NCBI GenBank assembly: GCA_965112155.1
Contig: OZ218099.1
Length of the DNA: 64,000 bases
DNA from: Podarcis liolepis
Lineage: Eukaryota
Strand: one strand, 5' to 3'
Shown: in pieces, positions 13,533 through 25,296 of the stretch
Numbering within the stretch: the stretch's first letter is position 1
Layout: the number at the start of each line of letters is the position of its first letter
The notes under the pieces: model-generated
What the model was told of the DNA's origin: nothing
Database searches by the model: none
Seen by the model: the letters and a program-made list of their open reading frames with translations, nothing else
Made by a program: the position numbers and the translations under genes

Positions 13533-14021
13533 CAGCCTGCCGCCCGGCGGGCGGGGCGCCCTAAAGCAGAGCGCCCCCCTCGCCAGGCAGACATCTGCAG
13601 CGTGGGGAGCCTTGCCGGAGGTCCCGGCAAGGCTCCCCACGCTGCGGATAGCAGCCTGCCGCCCGGCGGGCGGGGCGCCATAAAGAAGAGCGCCCCCCTC
13701 GCCAGGCAGACATCCGCAGCGTGGGGAGCCTTGCCGGAGGTCCCGGCAAGGCTCCCCATGCTGCGGATAGCAGCCTGCCGCCCGGCGGGTGGGGCGCCGT
13801 AAAGAAGAGCGCCCCCCTCGCCAGGCAGACATCCGCAGCGTGGGAACCTTGCTGGAGGTCCCGGCAAGGCTTCCCACGCTGCGGATAGCAGCCTGCTGCC
13901 CGGCGGGTGGGGCGCCGTAAAGCAGAGCGCCCCCCTTGCCAGGCAGACATCCGCAGCGTGGGGAGCCTTGCCGGACTTCCCGGCAAGGCTCCCCACGCTG
14001 CGGATAGCAGCCTGCCGCCCC
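13533..14021. repeat. GC-rich 119-bp tandem repeat (4 units plus partial), each with a 26-bp-stem hairpin
   Basis: Unit starts (CAGCCTGC) at 13533, 13652, 13771, 13889 and 14008. Each holds ATCCGCAGCGTGGGGAGCCTTGCCGG-N5-CCGGCAAGGCTCCCCACGCTGCGGAT or a close variant. Confidence 0.95.
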
Positions 14022-14089
14022 ACAGGCATCGGCCAGCCCCACAAGCTCGGGGGACAGCAGGGAGGCGAAGCGCCGCCATCCCGCTGTTC

Positions 14090-14220
14090 CTCGACCTGGT
14101 TCAGTTTCCCCGACCTGCTTTTGGGGGGGAAATAAAGGGAAATTTTTTTCCCTTTATTTCCCCCCCAAAAAACTAGGTGCATCCTATGGGACGGAGCGTC
14201 CTATGGGGCGAAAAATATGG
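14090..14220 (+). mobile_element. Right end of a pogo/Tc2-like (Tc1-mariner superfamily) MITE inside the hAT
   Basis: AAAACTAGGTGCATCCTATGG..CGTCCTATGGGGCGAAAAATATGG followed by TA; resembles the reverse complement of a CCGTATTTTTCG-type TIR. No matching left TIR found. Confidence 0.6.
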
Positions 14221-14586
14221 TATTTTTATAATGACGAATGCCTCATTATTAATTATTATTTACATCAGGCACTGATTATGATTTATGGTACACTGGGGCC
14301 CTGATTAATTTTCTATGGCATTTTGGGGCATTGATTATTGGGCATAGCAAGTCGCGGTCGCGTGGAATTTGTGCTTTGTGACCGTTTGAAGTGGGGTTTT
14401 TTTCTTGGGAGGCTGGGCGGCACGAAGAGAGGGATTATTTTTATAATGATGAGGATGACATTGGGCCCTCATTATTAATTATTATTTACATCAGGCACTG
14501 ATTATGATTTATGGTTCACTGGGGCCCTGGTTAATTTTCTTTGGCATTTTGTGGCATTGATTATGCAGTCGCGGTCGCGTGGAATT
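14221..14586. repeat. Imperfect ~150-bp direct duplication inside the hAT
   Basis: 14221-14369 and 14436-14586 share TATTTTTATAATGA..CCTCATTATTAATTATTATTTACATCAGGCACTGATTATGATTTATGG..GTCGCGGTCGCGTGGAATT. Confidence 0.9.
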
Positions 14587-14668
14587 CCACGTGGAGTTAG
14601 TTGCCTGAAGCCCCTTTTTAGTTGCTTGAAGCCCCTTTTTAAACTTAAGCAGGTGAAAGTTTGGTGAA

Positions 14669-14807
14669 TTGCTGCCAAGGAGTGTGGTGGAGTCTCCTTC
14701 TTTGGAGGTCTTTAAGCAGAGGCTTGACAACCATATGTCAGGAGTGCTTTGATGGTGTTTCCTGCTTGGCAGGGGGTTGGACTCGATGGCCCTTGTGGTC
14801 TCTTCCA
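14669..14807 (+). mobile_element. CR1 3' fragment inside the hAT
   Basis: Near-identical to the reverse complement of the CR1 copy at ~31073-31212; stops at TCTTCCA without the CR1 tail. Confidence 0.85.
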
Positions 14808-14974
14808 CATATGTATGTGAGCAGGTCTTCTCCAACATGAACTATATTAAAAACAAGCACCGATCACGCCTCACAGATGACAGCTTGCAAGCCTGTGTGA
14901 AAATGAAGGTGACGTCTTACAGCCCTGATGTGCAGACACTGAGCACTGAGGTTCAGGAGCAAAAGTCCCATTAA
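14804..14974 (+). pseudogene. hAT (Charlie/GTF2IRD2-like) transposase C-terminal remnant
   Basis: STYVCEQVFSNMNYIKNKHRSRLTDDSLQACVKMKVTSYSPDVQTLSTEVQEQKSH* matches the hATC signature STYxCExxFS..K...RSRL. Confidence 0.9.
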
Positions 14975-15949
14975 CCTGGTTACCTGGTTGTAAATTAAAT
15001 ATTTTAATTAGCTATTAATTTGTCCTTTTTTCTTGAGATTGACAGCTGACTGCACGATCCTGTATATATAGCATTAAGGCCAGAAACAATATATGTAGTG
15101 TTATATTTGTTTTAAATATTGCAATGTTTTTGCGGCTCCCAGTTGTTGTTGTTTTTTCGGAAACGGGTCCAAGTGGCTCTTTTTGTCTTAAAGGTTGCAG
15201 ACCCCTGATGTAGACTATCTGAACCCGTTCTAATCTGAGTTTAGGCATGACTGCCAAAGTCAATTATTGGCCTTGGTTGCCCTGATGGGTAGCCTTTACT
15301 GAGAGCGGGACAAGTGTGACCTTGCTCCTGCTTCTTATCTCTCAGCTGCTTTTGACCATGGTATCCTCCTGCTCTATGGGATGGGAATTGGGGGCCCTGT
15401 GCTAATGCAGTTTCAGTCCTATCTACATGGCCAAATTCAGAGAGTAGCATTTGGAGAGTTATACTATGGGGTGCCTCTGTGCACTTGTTGTATCCTCAGT
15501 TCTGTTATTCTATAAGAATAATATAAGAATAATGTTATATCTATAAGAAGCTGCTTGGAGCAGTCATTAGGTGATTTGAGGCAAAGCACCAAGGGTATTA
15601 CAGCACTCAGCTCTATTACTGCATAGCATCTGCATCCGGTGAGGGCCTCCAAGCCCTGGACTGTTGTCAGGATGAAGAGTGGGAGGGATGAGGGAAAATA
15701 GGCTGAGCTTGAATCCAAGGAAGTCAGAGGGGCTGTGGGTGAGTAGTTCCCATTTCTGAGAAATTAGACAGGATGAAGTTCTGGACAGGATGTGGTTTGG
15801 GAGTTCTTCAGGATCCAAATTTGTCACTGATAGGAGAGCATAAGCACAGCAGTGCGGGTATTAGTGACTTCCAAGATTGTCTGGAAACTGCAGTTAGTGC
15901 AGAAATTTTCAGCATGGTTGTTGACAGGGATGAGATCCTTCCAGCACAT

Positions 15950-16460
15950 AACACCACTGTTTAAAGGTCTGCACTGGCTACCAATTCATCACTGGCCAAG
16001 TTCAAGGTGTTAGGATTAGTACATAAAGCCTTTCGCATCTTGGGACCAGTTTACTTGCAGGATTGCCTTAGCCAATATATGCCCACTCAACCACTTTGTT
16101 TTATGGAACTTACACTTTTGCAGGTGCCATGCAATGCACATTCTGCATTTGTAAGGATCCAGTATTTTAGTGAGGCAGCTCCTACACTCTGGAACTCCCT
16201 GCCCATTGACATTAGGTAGGAGGTTTCACTGTATCCTTTTTCACATCTGCTAACACCTTTTTGTTGTTGTTGTTTAGGCAAGCCTACCCAGGCACCTATG
16301 TTTGATATGTATTTTAATATGTAATTTTAGCATACAATGCATGCATTTAATAGTTGGTTTTATTCATTTTGCTTTTTAAACCTTTTATATTCTTCCTAAT
16401 CCACTTAGATGTTTTATTTGCAGTTGAGGCGCATACAAATTTTGTTAAATAAATAAATAA
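15950..16460 (+). mobile_element. Degenerate L2 LINE 3' end
   Basis: LKGLHWLP..FKVLGLVHKAF..GPVYLQDCL..AAPTLWNSLP, then a 3' UTR ending in (TAAA)n. Confidence 0.8.
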
Positions 16461-16884
16461 ATGCTAGTTCACAACCCAAATTTCAGCTTAAAGAGGAAAA
16501 TGTTCACATGCCTTCTAAGGACAAAGAGTCAGGCCTCAACTGCAAGAAAATTCCAGAGGGTAGAAGCCCTGATGGAAAAGGCTTTTCCCTGTGCTCCATC
16601 AAGCTTACATCATGGAAACATGAAATTCAAAGCCGCACCTCCTTTATGATCTAAAATGGGATCTGATGTGTGTATCTAAAGGATACACTCTTCTCCAGGC
16701 TGGTGTAAGGCTTTGTAGTTAACAATCAGGCTAAAACAGACACATGTGATAATTAATGTCACATATTTATGGGCTGTGTGCTCTTATTAGTATTTTGCCC
16801 TAGCTGTAACTTTTGGAGACTTGTCAAGGGCAGCCCACAATACACTCCGTGTCCTGGTGAGCTAGGCGATGCTAATTAAAGACA

Positions 16885-17236
16885 ATAAAGGTAATGGGAC
16901 CCCTGACCATTAGGTCCAGTCGTGGCCGACTCTGGGGTTGCGGTGCTCATCTCACTTTATTGGCCGAGGGAGTCGGCGCACAGCTTCCAGGTCATGTGGC
17001 CAGTATGACTAAGCCGCTTCTGGCGAACCAGAGCAGCACACGGAAACGCCGTTTACCTTCCCACCGGAGCGATACCTATTTATCTACTTGCACTTTGATG
17101 TGCTTTGAACTGCTAGGTTGGCGGGAGCAGGGACCGAGCAATGGGAGCTCACCCCGTCGCGGGGATTCAAACCGCCGACCTTCTGATCGGCAAGTCCTAG
17201 GCTCTGTGGTTTAACCCACAGCACCACCCATGTCCC
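16885..17236 (-). mobile_element. Sauria SINE, full length
   Basis: tRNA-like head with B-box (GGTTTGAATCC on minus), Sauria core, ACCTTT-type tail; 10-bp TSD ATTAAAGACA (16875-16884 and 17237-17246). Confidence 0.9.
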
Positions 17237-17319
17237 ATTAAAGACATTACAGTTCTTAGAATACAACAGTTAAGCTAGGCTGAAGCCAGGAGCACCCTCA
17301 GGTTAATAATAATATTCTA

Positions 17320-17733
17320 ATAATAATTTATTATTTATACCCCGCCCATCTGTCTGGGTTTCTCCAACCACTCTGGGCGGCTCCCAACAGAATATTTAAA
17401 AAGCGATAAAATATCAAACATTAAAAACTTCCCAAAACAGGGCTGCCTTCAGATTTCTTCTAAAAGTCAGATAGTTGTTTACTTCCTTGACATCTGATGG
17501 GGGGGCATTCCACAGGGTAGGCGCCACCACCAAGAAGGCCCTCTGCCTGGTTCCCTGTAACTTGGCTTCTCGCAGTAAGGGAACTGCCAGAAGGCCCTCG
17601 GTGCTAGATCTCAGTGTCCGGGCTGAATGATGGGGGTGGAGACGCTCCTTCAGGTATACTGGGCCAAGGCAATTTAGGGCTTTAAAGGTCAGCACAAACA
17701 CTTTCATTTATGCTGTGAAACGTACTGGGAGCC
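17320..17733 (-). mobile_element. Young L2 LINE 3' fragment
   Basis: ORF 17414-17707: VLTFKALNCLGPVYLKERL..RTLRSS..RAFLVVAPTLWNA..LKAALF; (AAT)n tail; paralogous to 30290-30703. Confidence 0.85.
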
Positions 17734-18622
17734 AAAAAAAACCCCAAAACAAACTCTTCATATTCATATTTGTTGCTTCATTTAGGTAGGTTCTTTATCT
17801 TGGTACTTCGGTGGCATATCTTGCTTTATTTTCTTCCCAATTCCTAGGGCCACTTTTATTTTTATTTTTAAAGGAAAAGCTTTATTTGCATTTCTCATTG
17901 ATTTAAATGAGGAAGTCACAATGTACCCATCATGGTTACTTTTCTTCCCCAACAGAAGTGCATGAAATTTGCAAAAAATCCTGAAGAGATGAAGCTGGCT
18001 GAATGTCAGATAGGCACCTATAAAGCTGTTGGAGGTTTAAACCTGCTACCTTTTTTGTAGCAACAGTAGTCTCTCCCCCCTGACATGGATCCAGAAAATG
18101 GACCCCACCAGTTTCTACACTCTACTCTGTTATCTTTGCATTTAAAAAATAAAAAAAAAAATCGGTTGGTTAAGAGAAACAAAGAGATTGTTACTGTACG
18201 TAATGTTTCTTTGTATACAGATTGTCATTTCCGGAAATAATACACATTGTAACAGAATTGGTTACTATATGTATTCACACAACCCATATTGTTCTCTGCA
18301 GCTTAAAACTTTGCTGATAATTATATAACCAGCTGAGTCCCCTATGGGAGTCTGTATGTAGTAGGTAATCAGTCTTTCCTTCTATTAGTCCTTAGGTGCT
18401 TATTTATGCAAACACTGTTTTACAGACAATATCCTATGTTTCCTCGTTATTCCGCAATTTGGGTTTTTTGCACATGGTTGCTTATCGATGAAATATAATC
18501 AAACTGATAAAATAATCTCCCGGGCTTAATAGGCAAGATACAGCAACTAAGTGCTCAGCGAGAAGTAAATTCGCTAACTGTGCCTAAGGCCTTTAAGTGT
18601 GTATAGTTGTAATTCTATAATG

Positions 18623-18864
18623 CAGTGGTACCTCGGGTTAAGAACTTAATTCGTTCTGGAGGTCCGTTCTTAACCTGAAACTGTTCTTAACCTGAGGTAC
18701 CACTTTAGCTAATGGGGCCTCCCGCTGCCGCCACGCCGCTGTCGTGCAATTTCTGTTCTCAGCCTGAAGCAAAGTTCTTAACCAGAGGTACTACTTCCGG
18801 GTTAGCGGAGTCTGTAACCTGAAGCGTCTGTAACCTGAAGCGTCTGTAACCTGAGGTACCACTG
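18623..18864. mobile_element. Tigger-like MITE (family A)
   Basis: TIRs CAGTGGTACCTC / GAGGTACCACTG; TA on the right, TG on the left; paralogues at 19287 and 38061. Confidence 0.85.
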
Positions 18865-19059
18865 TATTGATTATTATAATGCATTTAATAATTACCGTAT
18901 ATCCCACCCTTCCGTGAATGATGCCCAAGGCGGCTCACAACAACAATACAATTAAAATAATTAAAACAGAAATACATCAAATTTAAAACAAAAAGACGAA
19001 TAAATAAGTGGGGGTTAAACATGATAAAAGGGCAGTCAAATTACAGTAGCTATAACATA

Positions 19060-19225
19060 GAGCCTGTGTGGTGGGGTGACTTGAGTGGTGGGCTAGGGCC
19101 TGGGAGACCGTGGTTCAAAGCCCCACTCACCCATGAAGCTCACTGGGTGGGTGGCCAGTCACTCACTCTCAGCCTAACCTACCTCACAGTCCTGGTGTGA
19201 GGATGAAATGGGGAGGAGGAGAACT
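19060..19225 (+). mobile_element. Older tRNA-derived SINE (Squam3/MIR-like)
   Basis: B-box-like GGTTCAAAGCCC, core CTCACTGGGTG..CCAGTCACT..CTCAGCCTAACCTACCTCACAG; similar to the 25048 copy. Confidence 0.6.
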
Positions 19226-19286
19226 ATCTATGCCAATGAATGAATGAATCTTTATTTGCGTCAGCCATAGCAATGAAACAAAAATA

Positions 19287-19501
19287 CAGTGGTACCTCTG
19301 GTGATGTACTTAATTTGTTCCGGAGGTCCATTCTTAACCTAAAACTGTTCTTAACCTGAAGCACCACTTTAGCTAATGGGACCTCCCGCTGCTGCCGTGC
19401 CGCCGCCGCGCAATTTCTGTTCTCATCCTGAAGCAACGATGTATTATTTCTGGGTTAGCAGAGTCTGTAACCTGAAGCGTATGTAACCCGAGGTACCACT
19501 G
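19287..19501. mobile_element. Tigger-like MITE (family A)
   Basis: TA-CAGTGGTACCTC...GAGGTACCACTG-TA. Confidence 0.85.
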
Positions 19502-19970
19502 TACAATATACAAAGAACAGAAATAAAAAGTCAGTTATATAAAGTACATTTTAGGGTTTTGAAACAATAGTCAAATGGTGGATCTTATTCTGAACTGCCC
19601 CAGCTAAAAACCTTGCAACCTTTGCTGTCCCCTGCTCATCTTGATCTGCCAAGAGAAAGGACACTGTGGCAGTGGTGGGGTGACGCAGAATGGACAGTAA
19701 AAGAGGGGTGATAATCTCATTCTTCAAGTCTTTATAAAGAGTGCAAGCCAAGTGGCCATCTATGCCACTTTGAGCTCTTTGGATGAAAGGTGGGATATAA
19801 ATGTGTAAAGAGGATGGAGTAAATGGGGCAGCTGGCTTTTTGGATATCCCATGCCCATTTAGCTTCTCCATGCCCATTTCTGTACCACGTAAAAGTTTTG
19901 AACAGGCAGGATGTTGCCAGTAGAGTAACATTAACACATGCTGCTATCCTCCTGCTGGGTTGGACTTGAT

Positions 19971-20152
19971 GGGTCACATCCACACCACAGATTTAAAACT
20001 ATTTTAAAGCACATGACTTCTCTCCCCCAAATTCCTGAGAACTGTCATTTGTTAAGGGCGCCGGGAATTAAAGCTCTGTGGTGGGTAAACTACAGTTCCC
20101 AAGGTTCTTTGGGGGAAGTCATGCACTTTAAATGTATGATGTGGTTTGCACT
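19971..20152. mobile_element. Palindromic MITE (Chompy/Harbinger-like)
   Basis: Long imperfect inverted arms (TTTAAAGCACATGACTTC..CCCCCAAA / TTTGGGGGAAGTCATGCACTTTAAA); a partial copy lies at ~26605-26740. Confidence 0.6.
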
Positions 20153-21221
20153 GAGTCCTCTTTGCTTATTTGGCTGCACAGTGCCTCATTTACATCAAAT
20201 CATAAGCTTTTTACTACTTTAGTTATTTGTTACATTTATATCCTGCTTTTTCCAGAAGGAGCCTCTGAGCAGTCTTTTTAGCTTTAAGACAGCCACATGT
20301 AAGAACTGAGAGATAGTGCTTTCACAAAGCCACCTAAGTCAGTTTAACATCTACTGTCAATGTAACAATGATATACTTGCGATAATTTAGGAAATACAAG
20401 AGGCTGCTGGGGAAGGGATCTGATCTATCTAGGAACATGTTGGGAAGCATTAAAATTTTAAATCAGAAAGTGCCACAGATCCAACAATGTTACTCACATG
20501 TGGGGAAAATCTGAGGATGTAGCCCTTTTTGCTTCCAAACTAAATTAAGTATTGGAAATTTCTTAGAAAATAAATCACTGAATAGTCCACTTTGAATATC
20601 TGGTACTGGGATTTGCTGTACAAAGGTTAAACCAGGTGTCCCATCTCAGACAAGGTCTCTGAGTTCAGGACAGCAATTTTATCTCTATCTAGCAAAACAC
20701 TGAATGTTTACTTCTTGCTTCATTGCTTAAAAGCAATCTCTTTTTTTATTCCAATCAATTTCATATTCAGCTAGCAATGTATCTTATTGAATTGTTTCCT
20801 TTAATAATACTTAACTGACTATTCAATAAAATTACATCTCTTTCTATAACAGATAAGCAAATTTGATCCAGTCTACTGCTGAGATGACTGCTCCTCACCA
20901 GAGGATTTTCTTTTGAAACATTTCTACAGTTTGGCACCAGGTGTAAACATTTTTCATAATTCTATAATGGAGTCCACTGTTTATTTCATCCTTTAAGTTT
21001 TGTATCATTCCTTGGATCACGCTCCATTATATATATCCCCCGATGATGATCAGATCCAGTCAAGCAAGCAAATACCGCTTCACAAATAAGCTACTAAAGA
21101 ATTAAGTAAATAAATAGTTAGGGAGGATAAAGCAGTTTGTGGCTACCTCTTTTGGGCTGTTGACATTGACTGGTTCTGTATTTTCACCTCTCTTTGTAAG
21201 CTGGTATCCCTGAATTTAAAC

Positions 21222-21357
21222 CAGGCATAGGCAAACTCGGCCCTCCAGATGTTTTGAGACTACAATTCCCATCATCCCTGACCACTGGTCCTGTTAGCTA
21301 GGCATCATGGGAGTTGTGGACCCAAAACATCTGGAGGGCTGAGTTTGACTATGCCTG
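21222..21357. mobile_element. hAT MITE (136 bp)
   Basis: TIRs CAGGCATAGGCAAAC / GTTTGACTATGCCTG; perfect 8-bp TSD ATTTAAAC. Confidence 0.9.
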
Positions 21358-22059
21358 ATTTAAACCCTATATCCTCATCCTGTGGTGCTTGGTTTTTCCA
21401 TCTCCTGCACTTCATGACTTAATTTCAGTTTATGCCCAGGGTCTCTTAAGGATCATTACCTTCTGCCATTGTTGAAAGGGCTTGTTTCATGTCCAGCCAC
21501 TAGGCCCACTGGCAGGAGGACCCCCAACACTACCTCCTTGCTGCTCCTGCTCATCTTCCCCTCCTGCCATGATACCACAGCACTATACCTTTCCTCTCCT
21601 TTTTGCATGTGAGGGGGCTCCTTTTCACCTGTCTGTCCACCAATAACAGACCTCTATAAAGGGGAAGTACCGGAGAATAAGAGAAGAGCTGGGATTTTGG
21701 TAATTTATCATGGGAAGGATAAACGGAAAGATTTGTTGGGGTGGAGGCTTAGTGGTGGCCAGGACAGTTTCAGTCCTTTATCTTAAAACACAGTTGTGTT
21801 GAGATTTAGAGCTCCTCTTGGCAGCCACTGGCTGACAGCTACATTTTCCTCTTTTCACAATGCCACATACATAGCTTTTTTTTCCTAAGGCATTTTTGGA
21901 AGGGGGAAGGGCAGTCACCACAATTTTTTTGTGGTAGGTGCCATTTTCTCCCAAAACGCCTCCAGTATTGCTACATCCAGGGCATTCATGGGAAAGAAAA
22001 GTCAGAAGCCAAACAGATGTTGGCAAGAGGAGTTCTGCTACTCCCTCCAGCAGCAGAGC

Positions 22060-22060
<1 letters not shown>

Positions 22061-22105
<45 letters not shown>
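22061..22105. repeat. (ATT)15 microsatellite
   Basis: Seen directly; explains the poly-I and poly-N ORFs. Confidence 0.95.
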
Positions 22106-22715
22106 GAAAAAGTGAAAGAATGCGCATCTTTTTTCAATTGTTAGCAAATATGTGTGCCTGTACATACATACTTGCAAACCTGAATCTTCTTACACATGTG
22201 CTCATGGACCTGTTGTTATGGGGATCTTGACTAGGCTCAAGTATACATCACAGAGGTTGTCAGGCTATCAGGTCTCAGGCCTTTCTATGGATGCCCCAGC
22301 TGTGTGATGTGAAAGGGGCTTCTCAGTAGTGGCCTCACACTTGCTTGGCTCCTGTATAAATGTCAGTTCAGCATCAGACAAGCACCTTTTAAATTTCCCC
22401 CAATTATGGAGTGATTCTAAAATTTGCTTTAACACAGTGGGTTTTACTGTACTGTTCTGCTCTCTCACACATTAGTTTTGTCCTGCACACATACTTCTTG
22501 CTTTTTAGGGATGCATTTTGATCACTTGTGTGTTCTTCTTTAATTTGTTGACTTATATTGTTGCTGTAATTTTTGCTCTAGGGAACTTGTTCTTAGGCGG
22601 ACATAAATGAATAAATAAATTTTGCAGTAAACTATAAATGGCTGAAAGCCGGAAATAAAACAAAGTGAGTAGTTTCAGTAGTTCGGTCCTAAAACCATTG
22701 GTTGCCAAGCTATTG

Positions 22716-22851
22716 CAGGCATAGGCAAACTTGGCCCTCTAGATGTTTTGAGACTACAATTCCAATCATCCCTGACCACTGGTCCTGTTAGCTAGGGATC
22801 ATGAGAGTTGTAGTCCCAAAACATCTGGAGGGCCGAGTTTGCCTATGCCTG
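22716..22851. mobile_element. hAT MITE (136 bp)
   Basis: Same family as 21222; perfect TIRs; 8-bp TSD AGCTATTG. Confidence 0.9.
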
Positions 22852-22899
22852 AGCTATTGACTGTCAAGCTATTTACAAGGAGGAAAGCAAGGGACTTAT

Positions 22900-23970
22900 G
22901 TAGGCATTCTCATATGGCCCTGGACAGTTCTCTGAACGGAGAAGTATAGAACGTGGAGTCCCCTAAGGGGCCTGTGTTTTTTTTTACTTTTAACTTATAA
23001 ACACTCCAGAATTAGGGATGAGCAGTGAAGTGGCCAGGTTTGCTCATTAAAATACACAGATATTTTGAAGGGCTTGAAAAGGACCTCTTCAGATTCAGTT
23101 GAATGAGCAATAAAATGCTAAATTCAGTTGAAACATAAAGTGATGCATGTCATGGAAAAATAATCTGAATCACACATTTACAATCATGGGGTCTAAACTA
23201 GCTGCGACTGACCACAGGTGAAATATTGGGGTCATAGTGGGTAGCTTGATGAAATGTTGTCCCTGTGTGCAGCAGCTGTGAAAAAGACAAATTCCATGCT
23301 AGAAATCATTAGCAAAGGAGTTGAAAATAAAACTACTGATATCATAACGTTGTTACGCAAATCTACGATGCAGCCACATTTGGAATACTGTGTACAGTTT
23401 TGGTTGCCTCACCTCAAAAAAAGGTTATTGTAGAGTTGAAAAGGGTTCAGAAAAGGGTATCCAAAAGGATAAGGGGATGGGAAAACTCCCCTATGAGGAA
23501 AGGTTACAGCATTTGGGACTTTTTAGTTAGAGAAAAAGTGAGAGGAGGCCTGGCAGAAGTTCATAGCATAGAGGAAGTATAGAAAACCTCCCCCCCCCAA
23601 TAACACTAGAATTCATGGACATTTAGTGAAGCTGAATGTGGAAATATTCAAGACAGACAAAAGGAAGCAATTCTTCATGCACCACGTTGTTGAACTATGG
23701 AACTCACTGCCACAGGATGCACTGATGGCCACCAAGTTAGATGGCTTTAAAAGATGATTAGACAAATTCATGGAGGGCGATGCTATCTATCTCTGTTATA
23801 CATGATGGCTATGCTCTGCCTTCACAATCACAGGCAGTTGCCAGACACTGCCATGCTGTTGTGCCCAGGCCCTGCTTGCGGGTTTTCCACAGGCATCAGC
23901 TTGGCCACTGTTGGAACAGGATGTTGTTGGACTAGATGGGCCACTGGCCTTCTCCAGCAGGCTCTCCTCA
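22900..23970 (+). mobile_element. Degenerate CR1 LINE (ORF2 3' part and 3' UTR)
   Basis: Frameshifted CR1 motifs (AAVKKTNSML.II.KG; PHLEYCVQFW.PHLKK..ELKRVQKR; WNSLPQD), then 3' UTR ..GGACTAGATGGGCCACTGGCCT..CCAGCAGGCTCT. Confidence 0.8.
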
Positions 23971-25047
23971 AATTCTTAGAACAATTTAGCTTTGCTAAAA
24001 CATTTGTTACCATCTGAAATAAATTTGTGCATGCTGATGTTCCCTTAATATTATTGGCTGCTAATGTGTTAATATACAGGTGCCATAACGCGTTGGGTCT
24101 TTACTGCTGTAGTGAAAATGGATTTGACTACTTATCTGGCTGCAGTGCACCTACTGCTAAAGGAAGCTACGTCTGCTTATTCTTAGTGACATGTATGCAG
24201 GGCCAGGCAATTTAAAGAAAATAACCTCTTATTAGCCAAAGAGGAACTGTCTTCAAGCTACAATAAAGCATTTTTTTCTTTTAAAAGCAAAGCAATAGCA
24301 GTTTGTCTTTAAAAAGTGAGCTGTAACTCTAGGGTAATCACAGGTTTGAAAGCCAGAAGAAGAATGCAATTCATACAAAAATCTGAAAGGTAATTATATG
24401 GTTGTAGGCAATGGATGGATATAACACACCAATTCCGCTTCACTAAGTCCTGGAGGAGGTCATTCTACTCCAACCAGAAAAAAGAGAGTGGGTGGACCCA
24501 GAATGGCTTTTACTGCCCATTTCAGACATGCCCACAGAAGCTTAACATGGCTGAGCATCTCTGTACACCACAAAGCCATTAAGTTAAAAAGTGGTTAAAA
24601 TATTGGCCCCTTGCGGTATTGAGGAAGGCCATGAGGAAGTGATATGGGGACCTAGTCCCACATTCTGATAGTCTGGTATACAAGAAGAGTGTGCTATTCT
24701 TACAGACCCCTTGCCAGGATCCAAAGCCCTAGTGTTAAGACACATCATCCCAGCCCCATGGCATCTGATGTGGAAAGGGTACATGGATACAGCAAAGATA
24801 TCACACCTGGGAGCACGGGGGCGCATTAATCTAAATTTTCTAATTGCACAAACTCCCCATCAGATATCCCACACTGAAAAATTAAGCCAAATGAACACAA
24901 AGCATGCTTTGCTTCTTGCTTGCGCCCAGTATAAGCAGCAGTTTCTCCATAACTCAGTCGGATTTTTTTATCTACTAACAAGATAATCAATGTAAATCCC
25001 AAGTCAATGACACTTACACTGGTGCAACAGCCACTGGATCATCCCAA

Positions 25048-25296
25048 GAGAGCCAGTGTGGTGTAGTGGTTAAGAGCGGTAGTCATGTAATCTGGGAAAC
25101 CGGGTTCGTGTCTCCGCTCCTCCACATGCAGCTGCTGGGTGACCTTGGGCCAGTCACACTTCTGTGAAGTCTCTCAGCCCCACTCACCTCACAGAGTGTT
25201 TGTTGTGGGGGAGGAAGGGAAAGGAGAATGTTAGCCGCTTTGAGACTCCTGAAGGGGAGTGAAAGGCGGGATATCAAACCCAAACTCTTCTTCTTC
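25048..25296 (+). mobile_element. tRNA-derived SINE (Squam3-like), full length
   Basis: A-box TGGTGTAGTGG, B-box-like GGTTCGTGTCTCC, core, L2-like 3' end and (CTT)n tail. Confidence 0.8.

Larger units (their letters stand above)
13429..15207 (+). mobile_element. Non-autonomous composite hAT (Charlie-type) DNA transposon
   Basis: TIRs CGGGGGTCGGCAACCT / AGGTTGCAGACCCCTG; perfect 8-bp TSD ATGTAGAC (13421-13428 and 15208-15215) fitting the Charlie NTNTANAN preference; transposase C-terminal remnant inside. Confidence 0.9.

Noticed and set aside
13533-14021. CRISPR-like appearance of palindromic repeats
   Set aside because: The intervening sequences are near-identical rather than unique spacers, there are no cas genes, and the context is a vertebrate transposon.
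13367-14182. Six overlapping ORFs up to 271 aa on both strands
   Set aside because: Produced by the stop-poor GC-rich 119-bp repeat; the same peptide blocks cycle through frames.
21640-21660. CCAAT and TATAAA as the SLC6A1 promoter
   Set aside because: Only 10 nt apart, closer than usual, with no other support; chance is likely.
21778-22177. Poly-Ile and poly-Asn ORFs
   Set aside because: Translation of the (ATT)15 microsatellite.
25048-25125. tRNA gene (also at 17150-17236 and 45170-45240)
   Set aside because: These are tRNA-derived SINE heads followed by SINE bodies; no proper cloverleaf.
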